Origin: Nemertoderma westbladi
Lineage: Eukaryota; Animalia; Xenacoelomorpha
Assembly: GCA_032718475.1 (NCBI GenBank)
Contig: JAUCBJ010006375.1
Coordinates: 1 to 64,000, forward strand
DNA: 64,000 bases
Direction: 5' to 3'
Shown in pieces: positions 36,791 through 50,412 of this stretch (positions are counted from its first letter, which is position 1; each line of letters begins with the position of its first letter). A program made the translations under genes and the position numbers. The notes below the pieces were generated by a model. The model did not search any database and was not told where the DNA came from. It saw only the letters and a list, made by a program, of their open reading frames with translations.

Positions 36791-38782
36791 GTTCGTGAGA
36801 TATGGTGGACTGTAACCTCTAGGCCACGTGTTCGTGAGATAGGGTGGACTGTTACCTCTAGGTCACGTGTTCGTGAGATAGGGTAGATGGTCACCTCTAG
36901 GCCACGTGTTCGTGAGATAGGGTAGATGGTCACCTCTAGGCCACGTGTTCGTGAGATAGGGTAGATGGTCACCTCTAGGCCACGTGTTCGTGAGATAGGG
37001 TGAACTGTCACCTCTAGGCCACGTGTTCGTGAGATAGGGTGCATGGTTACTTTGTTCGTGAGATAGGGTGGACTGTCATCTCTAGGCCACGTGTTCGTGA
37101 GATAGGGTGAACTGTCACCTCTAGGCCACGTGTTCGTGAGATAGGGTGCATGGTTACTTTGTTCGTGAGATAGGGTGGACTGTCATCTCTAGGCCACGTG
37201 TTCGTAAGATAGGGTAGATGGTCACCTCTAGGCCACGTGTTCGTGAGATAGGGTGGACTGTCACCTCTAGGCCACGTGTTCGTGAGATAGGGTAGATGGT
37301 CACCTTGTTCGTGAGATGGGGTGGACTGTCACCTCTAGGCCACGTGTTCGTGAGATAGGGTGGACTGTCACCTCTAGGCCACGTGTTCGTGAGATAGGGT
37401 GAACTGTCACCTCTAGGCCACGTGTTCGTGAGATAGGGTGCATGGTTACTTTGTTCGTGAGATAGGGTGGACTGTCATCTCTAGGCCACGTGTTCGTAAG
37501 ATAGGGTAGATGGTCACCTCTAGGCCACGTGTTCGTGAGATAGGGTGGACTGTCACCTCTAGGCCACGTGTTCGTGAGATAGGGTAGATGGTCACCTCTA
37601 GGCCACGTGTTCGAGAGATAGGGTGGATGGTCACCTTGTTCGTGAAATAGGGTGGACTGTCACCTCTAGGCCACGTGTTCGTGAGATAGGGTAGATGGTC
37701 ACCTCTAGGCCACGTGTTCGTGAGATAGGGTGGACTGTCACCTCTAGGCCACGTGTTCGTGAGATAGGGTGGATGGTCACCTTGTTCGTGAGATAGGGTG
37801 GACTGTCACCTCTAGGCCACGTGTTCGTGAGATAGGGTAGATGGTCACCTCTAGGCCACGTGTTCGTGAGATAGGGTGGATGGTCACCTTGTTCGTGAGA
37901 TAGGGTGGACTGTCACCTCTAGACCACGTGTTCGTGAGATAGGGTAGATGGTCACCTCTAGGTCACGTGTTCGTGAGATCGGGTGGACTGTCACCTCTGC
38001 CACGTGTTCGTGAGATAGGGTGCATGGTCACCTTGTTCGTGAGATAGGGTGGACTGTATTCTCTAGGCCACGCATTCGTGAGATAGGGCAGATGGTCACC
38101 TCTAGGCCACGTGTTCGTGAGATAGGGTGGACTGTCACCTCTAGGCCACGTGTTCGTGAGATAGGGTAGATGGTCACCTCTAGGCCACGTGTTCGTGAGA
38201 TAGGGTGGATGGTCACCTTGTTCGTGAGATAGGGTGGACGGTCACCTCTAGGCCACACATGTTCGTGAGATATGGTGGATGGTCACCTTGTTCGTGAGAT
38301 GGGGTGGTCTGTCAACTCTAGGCCACGTGTTCGTGAGATAGGGTAGATGGTCACCTTGTTCGTGAGATAGGGTGGACTGTCACCTCTAGGCCACGTGTTC
38401 GTGAGATAGGGTGGACTGTCACCTCTAGGCCACGTGTTCGTGAGATAGGGTAGATGGTCACCTCTAGGCCACGTGTTCGTGAGATAGGGTGAACTGTCAC
38501 CTCTAGGCCACGTGTTCGTGAGATAGGGTGCATGGTCACCTCTAGGCCACGTGTTCGAGAGATAGGGTGGATGGTCACCTTGTTCGTGAGATAGGGTGGT
38601 CTGTCACCTCTAGGCCACGTGTTCGTGAGATAGGGTGGACTGTCACCTCTAGGCCACGTGTTCGTGAGATAGGGTAGATGGTCACCTCTAGGCCACGTGT
38701 TCGTGAGATAGGGTGGATGGTCACCTTGTTCGTGAGATAGGGTGGTCTGTCACCTCTGCCACGTGTTCGTGAGATAGGGTGA
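36789..38782. repeat. 39-bp (and 27-bp variant) minisatellite related to the SINE head
   Basis: Minus-strand unit GTGGCCTAGAGGTGACAGTCCACCCTATCTCACGAACAC. The 27-bp variant lacks the A-box core. Confidence 0.95.
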
Positions 38783-39594
38783 ATGAATTTCACACCAGCT
38801 AAGCTCCGTTCAACCAGATCGACATTTCTGTCAAGTTTGTTACGAGACTTTGTCATCCTTCACTATGCCGATAGAATTCGGGATTTATAACATAGCTAAT
38901 CGCCATCTGTAGTTGTGTTGTGTTGTGTTGCGTTGCAACCCGAGGTGGTCAACAATAAATCGTAATGTTGTATATAGTTGCTAAGATAATAATCATACGA
39001 ACAAATCGCGGAATATTGTCGAATCATTCTCATGCGATGGTCCAACTACATCGACTGCAGATCAATTAGGCACCTATCAGCGAATATTGCCTAACTTTCC
39101 GCAAACTAAATGCACTAGAAAGGAACTACACAGGCAGCTTTGTAGCTCCCAAACTCCACCACCTGTTCTGTTCAACGTTGAACAATGCGGGTACAGAGAG
39201 AGCATCAATGGCTTAATATTTGTGTCGTTTGCGAAAAATAATTGGTTATACTAAACAATATGTGACAGGAATGTAAGTTGATTTTCTCAGTTTCACTTGG
39301 CTATTTTAGATAACGAGAATAATACGAAATAAAAATGGATAAGAGTACAAACTTGAATTACTCGAATTTCATGATGGCTGATAGTCACATGAAAAACTCT
39401 GAAGTAATACAATTTACACAGCTTATTCTATTCTACTATAAGGATCCCGAAGGAAAGCGCATAACTCAGGATGTCTGTCTGTCGTTCTTCTCTGTAGAAC
39501 AAAAAGTATGACATAGGGAAATACGGAACAATATTACACAAAATATCATCTTTATTTATAAAGCTTTCTGTTTGTAACTTCTATAAAATGAGAC

Positions 39595-39836
39595 GGGGGG
39601 GGGGGGGGGGGGGGAACTGGACGCAAAACCCGCCTTGGCGAAATAATATCCCGCCTCAATGTTAAATTCTCAATTTAGGGAAAGGAGCAGGTTACAGTGG
39701 AACGTTATCTTAACCAAAATAATAAACTCAACACATTAGAACAGGTTACAGTTTTATTTTTGGTCGTAAACAGCAGTTATTTGCGTCCAATTTCACCTGG
39801 AGAGGGATGAATTTTTATTGAGTCCAGTTTCCCCCC
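39595..39836. mobile_element. Possible small MITE
   Basis: (G)n-AACTGGAC ... GTCCAGTTT-(C)6 inverted ends. No clear target-site duplication. Confidence 0.4.
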
Positions 39837-42174
39837 TTATCTGATAAAAATGGAGTATGTATAGTTTCGTAAACACATTTTATTCGACAAAATATGGCAC
39901 TTTTCGTGCAGGCGGTTTTTTCTGAAATTGTATATATTTGCAGTCTTTTATATGTAAAATATCCCATGTAGAAGGATCAGTACTTACCAGCTGGGATGAA
40001 GTTCTCGGTCCAAGATTTTGGCGCAATGGACCTAGGTATAAAGGCGATCTTTTATGAAAATTTCAGCATAAAATTATTGCTTTTGAATAATTTATGGGGA
40101 CTTTAGTATGTTCTGACTATATATTTTGGGAACAATATAATTTGAAATTGACAAAGGGTAGAAGATACAAAAGCGGTTCTAGAACATCCAAATGGCCATG
40201 TTTTACAAAAAGTTGTAAGGAATTTGGTGAATAGAAATGTCAAAATCGACAAACTGAGAAAAGGGTTGTTTTATACAGAGTCATGAATATAAGCCATAAA
40301 GAATGTTGTTCTTGTTTACACAAATATTACGCGCGCAATATTTTTTATTTTTCATATTTAATCGATGAAAATATTGAAATTTGCCAAAAATACGGAAAAA
40401 ATATCAATAATTTTTAATATAAAAAAAGTAAAAAAAAAAAGAAATTTTAAAATTTCGAAAAGAGAAGTTTTGTGGCGAAAGAATAGAGAATCTTGCGATA
40501 AAGAATCGCTAGAGAATCTTGCTTACTCACTAAGCTCTCTACTTCGCTCTCTACTTCGCCCCTGTAATAAACAACTCGGATTAGCACACAAGTATCAATA
40601 TATTAGTTATTCCAACACCAACAAGTATATTATAATATGTATACAGCACTAGTTCGAGTACCTTACACAATTTTCGCTATTTGACAAAGTTTACTTCATA
40701 TAAGATAGAAAAATGACAAACATCAATCAACTGCTATTTATAGTTAGGAGCCCGCTTGACAGCGGGATACAAAAATCTCTGGGATACTTGCTGTAAAAAT
40801 CTCAAGATATCTGACACTGACTGACTGACTGACTGACTGATAATTATCCAGGTTCAGGCACTTCCTGCCTTGCGATTTTGATGAAATTTTGCAAGTACAT
40901 TGCTTTGGTGGTTCATAATCGCGTTACAAAATTTCAGATCGATTCTATGTGTGGTATTCGATATATTTAGTTTTTCGACATTATTTTGTCGCGAAATTAA
41001 AAGCAATTGTAAAATAACAGCTGGTGTTAATGATGAAATATGGCTTACACGTAAAACGTGTTGGTTGCCAAGTTTTACTAGTAGGCTATAAGGAAAGACA
41101 ATGTTTACTCACACATAAGCTGTTGGTTTCTAATGTATTACCCCATAAGCTGATTGCTCTCCCAGTGCTTCCTAAGGGTATATCTACAATAAGGTTACTC
41201 ACTCTGCTATGTTAGGGGGTGGATCAGGAGAATTAATTTTAGTTACACAAAGCAGTGTGTTGTGTCCTATTGCAGTTGTTACTCACTGTGGATTGCAAAA
41301 TGTTTTATAGTTGACCTACAGTATAATACAGTAGTTGCATGTATTTAAGGAGCCCGCTCTGGCCTACAGCCTAACTTAGCAGGAGTACCTATATTGCATA
41401 TTCACATAGGATTCACTGGGAAGAGAAATTCCGCTTGACGACGGGGTAATACCTATAGAAGGAAACTAAATTTGTTATTTGGCTCTATTCGTTGTTATTT
41501 ATCTGGTTGTGCATCATGGGCATTTTTTATAAATATTCGGTAATCATATCTTATATCTTGTAAACGTGCTTGGTAATGAAATTATTTGCTTCATATTATA
41601 TTTTTGTTAGTGGTAGCTAAGTTGCATTTTTTATTATGTGGGGCGAGCCATAAAGTCAGCTAGCCTCACGCCTTGCAGTTTAGACAATTGTTTAGTTTAC
41701 TTACTGCTGACTGACATAGTTCTTCGTAATAGTCTTGGCTAGGATTCTGCCCCCGGACTCCTTCCAGCCAGCTTGCTGGCTTTCTAGTATAAATATTAAA
41801 CTTTTGGAAAACTAAATAACAATACATTATTAGCGGAAAACAGCAAGTATTCAATTTCAGTTCTCGGGAAAAATAAAGTTTTGTCACGAGATTGTTAAAC
41901 GAGAAGAAACTGACTCATGTGGGGAGGTCTGCGGTCCTACTACACAATGAATGAATGACGAACTGAGTACCGTACAGTCACAGTGCATGTGAGGGAATAA
42001 TGAAAGTAGATGATAGATGTAAACCACACAACAGCCATGGTTTGGCTGACACCCTGCTGGTATTGGCTACAGTTTGCGCCCTCATCAACCATCGTAGCTA
42101 TGGTAGCAGATGTTGAGCGCTTTCTATTTAATTCAATAATCATTTATAGTAAGAGTTGAGACAAATTGTTGTTG

Positions 42175-42398
42175 TTGCGCACTGCTTAGGGAAAACGACA
42201 GCATGGTTGCGCACTGCTTAGGGAACACGACAGCATGGTTGCGCACTGCTTAGGGAACACGACAGCATGGTTGCGCACTGCTTAGGGAACACGACAGCAT
42301 GGTTGCGCACTGCTTAGGGAACACGACAGCATGGTTGCGCACTGCTTAGGGAACGCGACAGCATGGTTGCGCACTGCTTAGGGAACGCGACAGCATGG
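42175..42398. repeat. 32-bp minisatellite, about 7 units
   Basis: GTTGCGCACTGCTTAGGGAACACGACAGCATG repeated. Confidence 0.95.
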
Positions 42399-42957
42399 TG
42401 GACAGCCTAAACTTTCATGAGACGCCTAATAAAGGACACTGGCCTTGAAGATGGGGATAATCTTGCTAATGTAATGGGTGGTAGGGAGTTGTGGCGGCGC
42501 AATTTTGTAGAAACAGTATTCTTTATATACATATATTTTAAGCATTAATGCAGCTGCCATGCAGCATGCCGATAGTAGTAGTATAAACAATATTACAGGG
42601 AATATGTTCTTGTTCCTCGGATTAAATAACCGGAAAAATAATACAATTTCTGCCATGGTAATAAATTTAGGGAAATTCTTTATTACCGGATTTCTCCCGC
42701 AATGCACCAGAGTTGCAATCGGGTGAAACGGAAAGTTAATATAAGCGGTGTTCAGTAACTATAGAAACACAATTAAGTGACAGATTATAAAATTACAAAT
42801 TATTTAATAATTATAATTTCTAGCTAAAGACGTTGCAGCCCCAGACCTTCTGGCCTAGTATCACTGGCAATACCAATTGTAATGCAACGTAAAAAACGTA
42901 ATTCACAGGCACCTTGTGCAAACAATTAAGTTTTGTATTTATGCGTTTGGAGTTCTG

Positions 42958-44828
42958 GCCGCGGCTATATTTTGTTCTTATAGTCCCCCCCGTGCTGCCG
43001 TGGCTACATTTTGTTCATATAGTTCATTCCGCCCGTGGCTACATTTTGTTCTTATAGTTCCGCCCGTGGCTACATGTTGTTCTTATAGTTCCGCCCATGG
43101 CTACATTTTGTTCTTATAGTTCCGCCCGTGGCTAGATTTCGTACTTATAGTTCCGCCCGTGGCTACATTTTGTTCTTATAGTCCCCCCCGTGGTTACATT
43201 TTGTTCTTTAGTTCCGCCCGTGGCTACATTTTGTTCTTATAGTCCCCCCCGTGGCTACATTTTGTTCTTATAGTTCCGCCCGTGGCTAGATTTTGTACTT
43301 ATAGTTCCGCCCGTGGCTACATTTTGTTCTTATAGTTCCGCCCATGGCTACATTTTGTTCTTATAGTTCCGCCCGTGGCTAGATTTCGTACTTATAGTTC
43401 CGCCCGTGGCTACATTTTGTTCTTATAGTCCCCCCCCCCCCCCGTGGTTACATTTTGTTCTTTAGTTCCGCCCGTGGCTACATTTTGTTCTTATAGTTCC
43501 GCCAATGGCTACATTTTGTTCTTATAGTTCCGCCCGTGGCTAGATTTCGTACTTATAGTTCCGCCCGTGGCTACATTTTGTTCTTATAGTTCCGCCCGTA
43601 GCTACATTTTGTTCTTATAGTTCCACCCGTGGCTACATTTTGTTCTTTAGTTCCGCCCGTGGCTACATTTTGTTCTTATAGTCCCCCCCGTGGCTACATT
43701 TTGTTCTTATAGTTCCGCCCGTGGCTAGATTTTGTACTTATAGTTCCGCCCGTGGCTACCTTTTGTTCTTATAGTCCCCCCCGTGGCTACATTTTGTTCT
43801 TATAGTTCCGCCCGTGCCTAGATTTTGTTCTTATAGTTCCGCCCGTGGCTACATTTTGTTCTTATAGTCCCCCCCGTGGCTACATTTTGTTCTTTAGTTC
43901 CGCCCGTGGCTACATTTTGTTCTTATAGTCCCCCCCGTGGCTACATTTTGTTCTTATAGTTCCGCCCGTGCCTAGATTTTATTCTTATAGTTCCGCCCGT
44001 GGCTAGATTTTGTACTTATAGTTCCGCCCGTGGCTACATTTTGTTCTTATAGTTCCGCCCGTGGCTAGATTTTGTACTTATAGTTCCGCCCGTGGCTACA
44101 TGTTGTTCTTATAGTCCCCCCCGTGCTGCCGTGGCTACATTTTGTTCTTATAGTTCCGCCCGTGGCTACATTTTGTTCTTATAGTTCCGCCCGTGGCTAC
44201 ATGTTGTTCTTATAGTTCCGCTCGTGGGTACATTTTGTTCTTATAGTTCCGCCCGTGGCTAGATTTCGTACTTATAGTTCCGCCCGTGGCTAGATTTTGT
44301 ACTTATAGTTCCGCCCGTGGCTACATTTTGATCTTATAGTTCCGGCCGTGGCTAGATTTCGTACTTATAGTTCCGCCCGTGGCTACATTTTGTTCTTATA
44401 GTCCCCCCCGTGGTTACATTTTGTTCTTTAGTTCCGCCCGTGGCTGCATTTTGTTCTTATAGTTCCACCCGTGGCTACATTTTGTTCTTATAGTTCCGCC
44501 CGTGGCTAGATTTTGTACTTATAGTTCCGCCCGTGGCTACATTTTGTTCTTATAGTTCCGCCCGTGGCTAGATTTTGTACTTATAGTTCCGCCCGTGGCT
44601 ACATTTTGTTCTTATAGTCCCCCCCGTGGTTACATTTTGTTCTTATAGTTCCGCCCCTGCCTAGATTTTATTCTTATAGCTCCGCCCGTGGCTACATGTT
44701 GTTCTTATAGTTCCGCCCGTGGCTACATTTTGTTCATATAGTTCCGCCCGTGGCTAGATTTTGTTCTTATAGTTCCCCCTTGGCTAGATTTTGTTCTTAT
44801 AGTTCCGCCCGTGGCTACATTTTGTTCT
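42958..44828. repeat. 31-bp minisatellite (CCGCCCGTGGCTACATTTTGTTCTTATAGTT), about 60 units
   Basis: Direct periodicity. Confidence 0.96.
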
Positions 44829-45158
44829 GGTACTAGTGTGTTTTGTACACACCCACCCCACCCAAATTATTCATACTAACTAGTTTTTATTACTTTTTTT
44901 TAATGTTCTAGAACATATTTTCTATTCATTTTTTATTAATTTTGTTCTAGAACAAGTAGTTATATTTTAATATAAAATTAAAAAAACATTTTTTTAATTT
45001 GAAAAAGTACTAGCTAGGTAATAAAAAAAATACTAGCTTGATATTTAAAAAAACACTAGCTACCATTAAAAAAACATCTGCTAATGTTCCAGAACATTCA
45101 CCAATATAAAATAATGACAAAGAAATCCTGCAAATTTGCTGTATAGGCCTACATACAA

Positions 45159-48100
45159 ATACTAGTACCGGTTATACATACTATACTAGTACCGGTTATA
45201 CATACTATACTAGTACCGGTTATACATACTATACTAGTACCGGTTATACATACTATACTAGTACCGGTTATACATACTATACTAGTACCGGTTATACATA
45301 CTATACTAGTACCGGTTATACATACTATAGTAGTACCGGTTATACATACTATACTAGTACCGGTTATACATACTATACTAGTACCGGTTATACATACTAT
45401 AGTAGTACCGGTTATACATACTATACTAGTACCGGTTATACATACTATACTAGTACCGGTTATACATACTATACTAGTACCGGTTATACATACTATACTA
45501 GTACCGGTTATACATACTATAGTAGTACCGGTTATACATACTATACTAGTACCGGTTATACATACTATACTAGTACCGGTTATACATACTATAGTAGTAC
45601 CGGTTATACATACTATACTAGTACCGGTTATACATAATATACTAGTACCGGTTATACATACTATACTAGTACCGGTTATACATACTATACTAGTACCGGT
45701 TATACATACTATACTAGTACCGGTTATACATACTATACTAGTACCGGTTATACATACTATACTAGTACCGGTTATACATACTATACTAGTACCGGTTATA
45801 CATACTATACTAGTACCGGTTATACATACTATACTAGTACCGGTTATACATACTATACTAGTACCGGTTATACATACTATACTAGTACCGGTTATACATA
45901 CTATACTAGTACCGGTTATACATACTATACTAGTACCGGTTATACATACTATACTAGTACCGGTTATACATACTATACTAGTACCGGTTATACATACTAT
46001 ACTAGTACCGGTTATACATACTATACTAGTACCGGTTATACATACTATACTAGTACCGGTTATACATACTATACTAGTACCGGTTATACATACTATAGTA
46101 GTACCGGTTATACATACTATACTAGTACCGGTTATACATACTATACTAGTACCGGTTATACATACTATACTAGTACCGGTTATACATACTATACTAGTAC
46201 CGGTTATACATACTATACTAGTACCGGTTATACATACTATACTAGTACCGGTTATACATACTATACTAGTACCGGTTATACATACTATACTAGTACCGGT
46301 TATACATACTATACTAGTACCGGTTATACATACTATACTAGTACCGGTTATACATACTATACTAGTACCGGTTATACATACTATACTAGTACCGGTTATA
46401 CATACTATACTAGTACCGGTTATACATACTATACTAGTACCGGTTATACATACTATACTAGTACCGGTTATACATACTATACTAGTACCGGTTATACATA
46501 CTATACTAGTACCGGTTATACATACTATACTAGTACCGGTTATACATACTATACTAGTACCGGTTATACATACTATACTAGTACCGGTTATACATACTAT
46601 ACTAGTACCGGTTATACATACTATACTAGTACCGGTTATACATACTATACTAGTACCGGTTATACATACTATACTAGTACCGGTTATACATACTATACTA
46701 GTACCGGTTATACATACTATACTAGTACCGGTTATACATACTATACTAGTACCGGTTATACATACTATAGTAGTACCGGTTATACATACTATACTAGTAC
46801 CGGTTATACATACTATACTAGTACCGGTTATACATACTATAGTAGTACCGGTTATACATACTATACTAGTACCGGTTATACATACTATACTAGTACCGGT
46901 TATACATACTATACTAGTACCGGTTATACATACTATACTAGTACCGGTTATACATACTATAGTAGTACCGGTTATACATACTATACTAGTACCGGTTATA
47001 CATACTATACTAGTACCGGTTATACATACTATAGTAGTACCGGTTATACATACTATACTAGTACCGGTTATACATACTATACTAGTACCGGTTATACATA
47101 CTATACTAGTACCGGTTATACATACTATACTAGTACCGGTTATACATACTATACTAGTACCGGTTATACATACTATACTAGTACCGGTTATACATACTAT
47201 ACTAGTACCGTTTATACATACTATACTAGTACCGGTTATACATACTATACTAGTACCGGTTATACATACTATACTAGTACCGGTTATACATACTATACTA
47301 GTACCGGTTATACATACTATAGTAGTACCGGTTATACATACTATACTAGTACCGGTTATACATACTATACTAGTACCGGTTATACATACTATACTAGTAC
47401 CGGTTATACATACTATACTAGTACCGGTTATACATACTATACTAGTACCGGTTATACATACTATAGTAGTACCGGTTATACATACTATAGTAGTACCGGT
47501 TATACATACTATAGTAGTACCGGTTATACATACTATACTAGCACCGGTTATACATACTATACTAGTACCGGTACCGGTTATACATACTATACTAGCACCG
47601 GTTATACATACTATACTAGTACCGGTACCGGTTATACATACTATAGTAGTACCGGTTATACATACTATACTAGCACCGGTTATACATACTATACTAGTAC
47701 CGGTACCGGTTATACATACTATACTAGCACCGGTTATACATACTATACTAGTACCGGTACCGGTTATACATACTATACTAGTACCGGTTATACATACTAT
47801 ACTAGTACCGGTTATACATACTATACTAGTACCGGTTATACATACTATACTAGTACCGGTTATACATACTATACTAGTACCGGTTATACATACTATACTA
47901 GTACCGGTTATACATACTATACTAGTACCGGTTATACATACTATACTAGTACCGGTTATACATACTATACTAGTACCGGTTATACATACTATACTAGTAC
48001 CGGTTATACATACTATACTAGTACCGGTTATACATACTATACTAGTACCGGTTATACATACTATACTAGTACCGGTTATACATACTATACTAGTACAGGT

Positions 48101-48531
48101 TATACATACTATACTAGTACCGGTTATACATACTATACTAGTACCGGTTATACATACTATACTAGTACCGGTTATACATACTATAGTAGTACCGGTTATA
48201 CATACTATACTAGCACCGGTTATACATACTATACTAGTACCGGTTATACATACTATACTAGTACCGGTTATACATACTATACTAGTACCGGTTATACATA
48301 CTATACTAGTACCGGTTATACATACTATACTAGTACCGGTTATACATACTATACTAGTACCGGTTATACATACTATACTAGTACCGGTTATACATACTAT
48401 ACTAGTACCGGTTATACATACTATACTAGTACCGGTTATACATACTATACTAGTACCGGTTATACATACTATACTAGTACCGGTTATACATACTATACTA
48501 GTACCGGTTATACATACTATACTAGTACCGT
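45159..48531. repeat. 24-bp minisatellite (TACTAGTACCGGTTATACATACTA), about 140 units, very homogeneous
   Basis: Direct periodicity with long perfect stretches. Confidence 0.98.
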
Positions 48532-49490
48532 TCCGCCCATTTAAAAAAGTTTTATTTGAGTCTTTGATTTTGGATTATCTGTTATGTTCTCATTGATCAA
48601 AATATTGAACATTATTACATATTAGTGGCTACTGTAATTGTTATTTAATCTGCTGTAGCTAGTGTTTTTAATGTGAGCTATTTTTTTTTGGTAGATTGTA
48701 CTGTAGCGAGTGTTTTAAAAAAAACTTTCACATTTTTATTTTTTGGTGTTATGTTATTGATGTTAATGTTTAAGTAACACTGAAAATATTTTTTTAGAGT
48801 ATTAGCTAATCTGATAGCTGTAATTAAAAAAATAATAAATTAAAAAATAGTAGCTAGAAATAGTTATGTATTCCTCACCACTAGTTCCGTACTCCTCCCC
48901 ACTAGCTACCATAAATAATATTTTTTTTTGCAGCGGGATGTTTTAGAACATTAAAAAAACTAGCTTGTATAAAAATTATTCTAGAACAAAAAATATTTGT
49001 TCTAGAACATAAATTTTTATTTTAATCAATAACTGACATGTTCTAGAACATTTGAAATTACAAAAGTGAAAACACAAGCAACACAACAATAAAAGCACAG
49101 TTAAAAATCCAAAAATGTAGCCACGGCGGAAATGACCCCATTTTTGCCACTTGGGAACTTGGTGCAAAATAAATTAGTAGAAAAAAAGTTTATTAAAATT
49201 TATTTATATGTAAAAACAATAACAAATACACCAAACACTGTATACAGGTATTGTCCAACAGAACATATACGATTACCCGTAAAGCTTTGTAACATATTTA
49301 AAAACAGGCGTCCAATAATAATATAAATTAAAAATTACAAGAAATTATATTAATATCCAGGGTGCGGTTAACACAGGCCATTGGGGTTGGGGTGTTAATT
49401 AATAAATCAACTAACTTAGAAATCGGTTTATATTTTATGACGATAAATTTATACTGAAATCAGGAAACATTCGCAAATAAACAGTCTAGA

Positions 49491-49715
49491 ATGCATATAT
49501 CTAGCGATATAGACATTCGTGCGCCAGAAGAGAAATACAAAGGAGCTTTTACCAACTTCATGTCTGAAGCGAAAAGTCTACATGCGAAGCATCAGTACAG
49601 AAAGTCCATAGAGTATTACACAATAGCGTTGGAGATCAGACCAGGTGACAGATCAGCACACTTAGCACGATCTAAAAGCCAAGAAATGTTGGGAAACTTG
49701 GACAAGGCATTACAG
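49491..49715 (+). CDS. TTC25: TTC25/ODAD4-like TPR protein, exon 1
   Basis: FTNFMSEAKSLHAKHQYRKSIEYYTIALEIRPGDRSAHLARSKSQEMLGNLDKALQ resembles the TTC25 N-terminal TPRs. Donor CAG|GT, phase 0. Confidence 0.75.
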
Positions 49716-50034
49716 GTTGCTAAACTTAACACTCACCCCTACCTCACTACTACTATGATAGGCATGCTGCATTATATATATATATTACATATATACACCA
49801 TGTCCCGTAATATAGTGTCATTTTCTGATGATACGGACCCCCCCCCCCCCCAGATTTTTCTACAAATCGTTATCATATTGCTTGAAATTTGAAACACAAC
49901 TAGTTCCACTCACTGTCGATGACCCCATGAAGCCGGAATTTTCGATTTTGCCTTTAAATTTTGTTTATAAGCGTTTTAAAAAAGTTTTCCTGTTTCGAGG
50001 GTATACAGGAACTGTTTCTGCAGCTGCTAACTTA

Positions 50035-50280
50035 ACTGCTTCTGTGAAGGCAGTATAGATTAAACACTCTACCCACTGCTTCTGTGAAGGCAGTATAGAT
50101 TAAACACTCTACCCACTGCTTCTGTGAAGGCAGTATAGATTAAACACTCTACCCACTGCTTCTGTGAAGGCAGTATAGATTAAACACTCTACCCACTGCT
50201 TCTGTGAAGGCAGTATAGATTAAACACTCTACCCACTGCTTCTGTGAAGGCAGTATAGATTAAACACTCTACCCACTGTT
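50035..50280. repeat. 40-bp tandem repeat x6, intronic
   Basis: ACTGCTTCTGTGAAGGCAGTATAGATTAAACACTCTACCC in perfect copies, each with an imperfect ACTGCTTC/GAAGGCAGT hairpin. Confidence 0.95.
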
Positions 50281-50412
50281 TCGCTTTCATTACATTGTTA
50301 AACTCCGCTCCGCTCCTGTATCAGCTATAGTTTTCAATAATTTTATGTTTGTTGTAGTAATTACTTTAAAATCCTTGGCTATGACTAGTTTACTAACAGC
50401 CATTACATTTAA

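Noticed and set aside
1-48531. CRISPR-like arrays
   Set aside because: The units are contiguous with no unique spacers, there are no cas genes, and the context is eukaryotic.
49716-49892. 3' extension of the 133-aa ORF, and likewise 56429-56531 of the 106-aa ORF
   Set aside because: Similarity ends at canonical GT donors, so these stretches are intron read-through.
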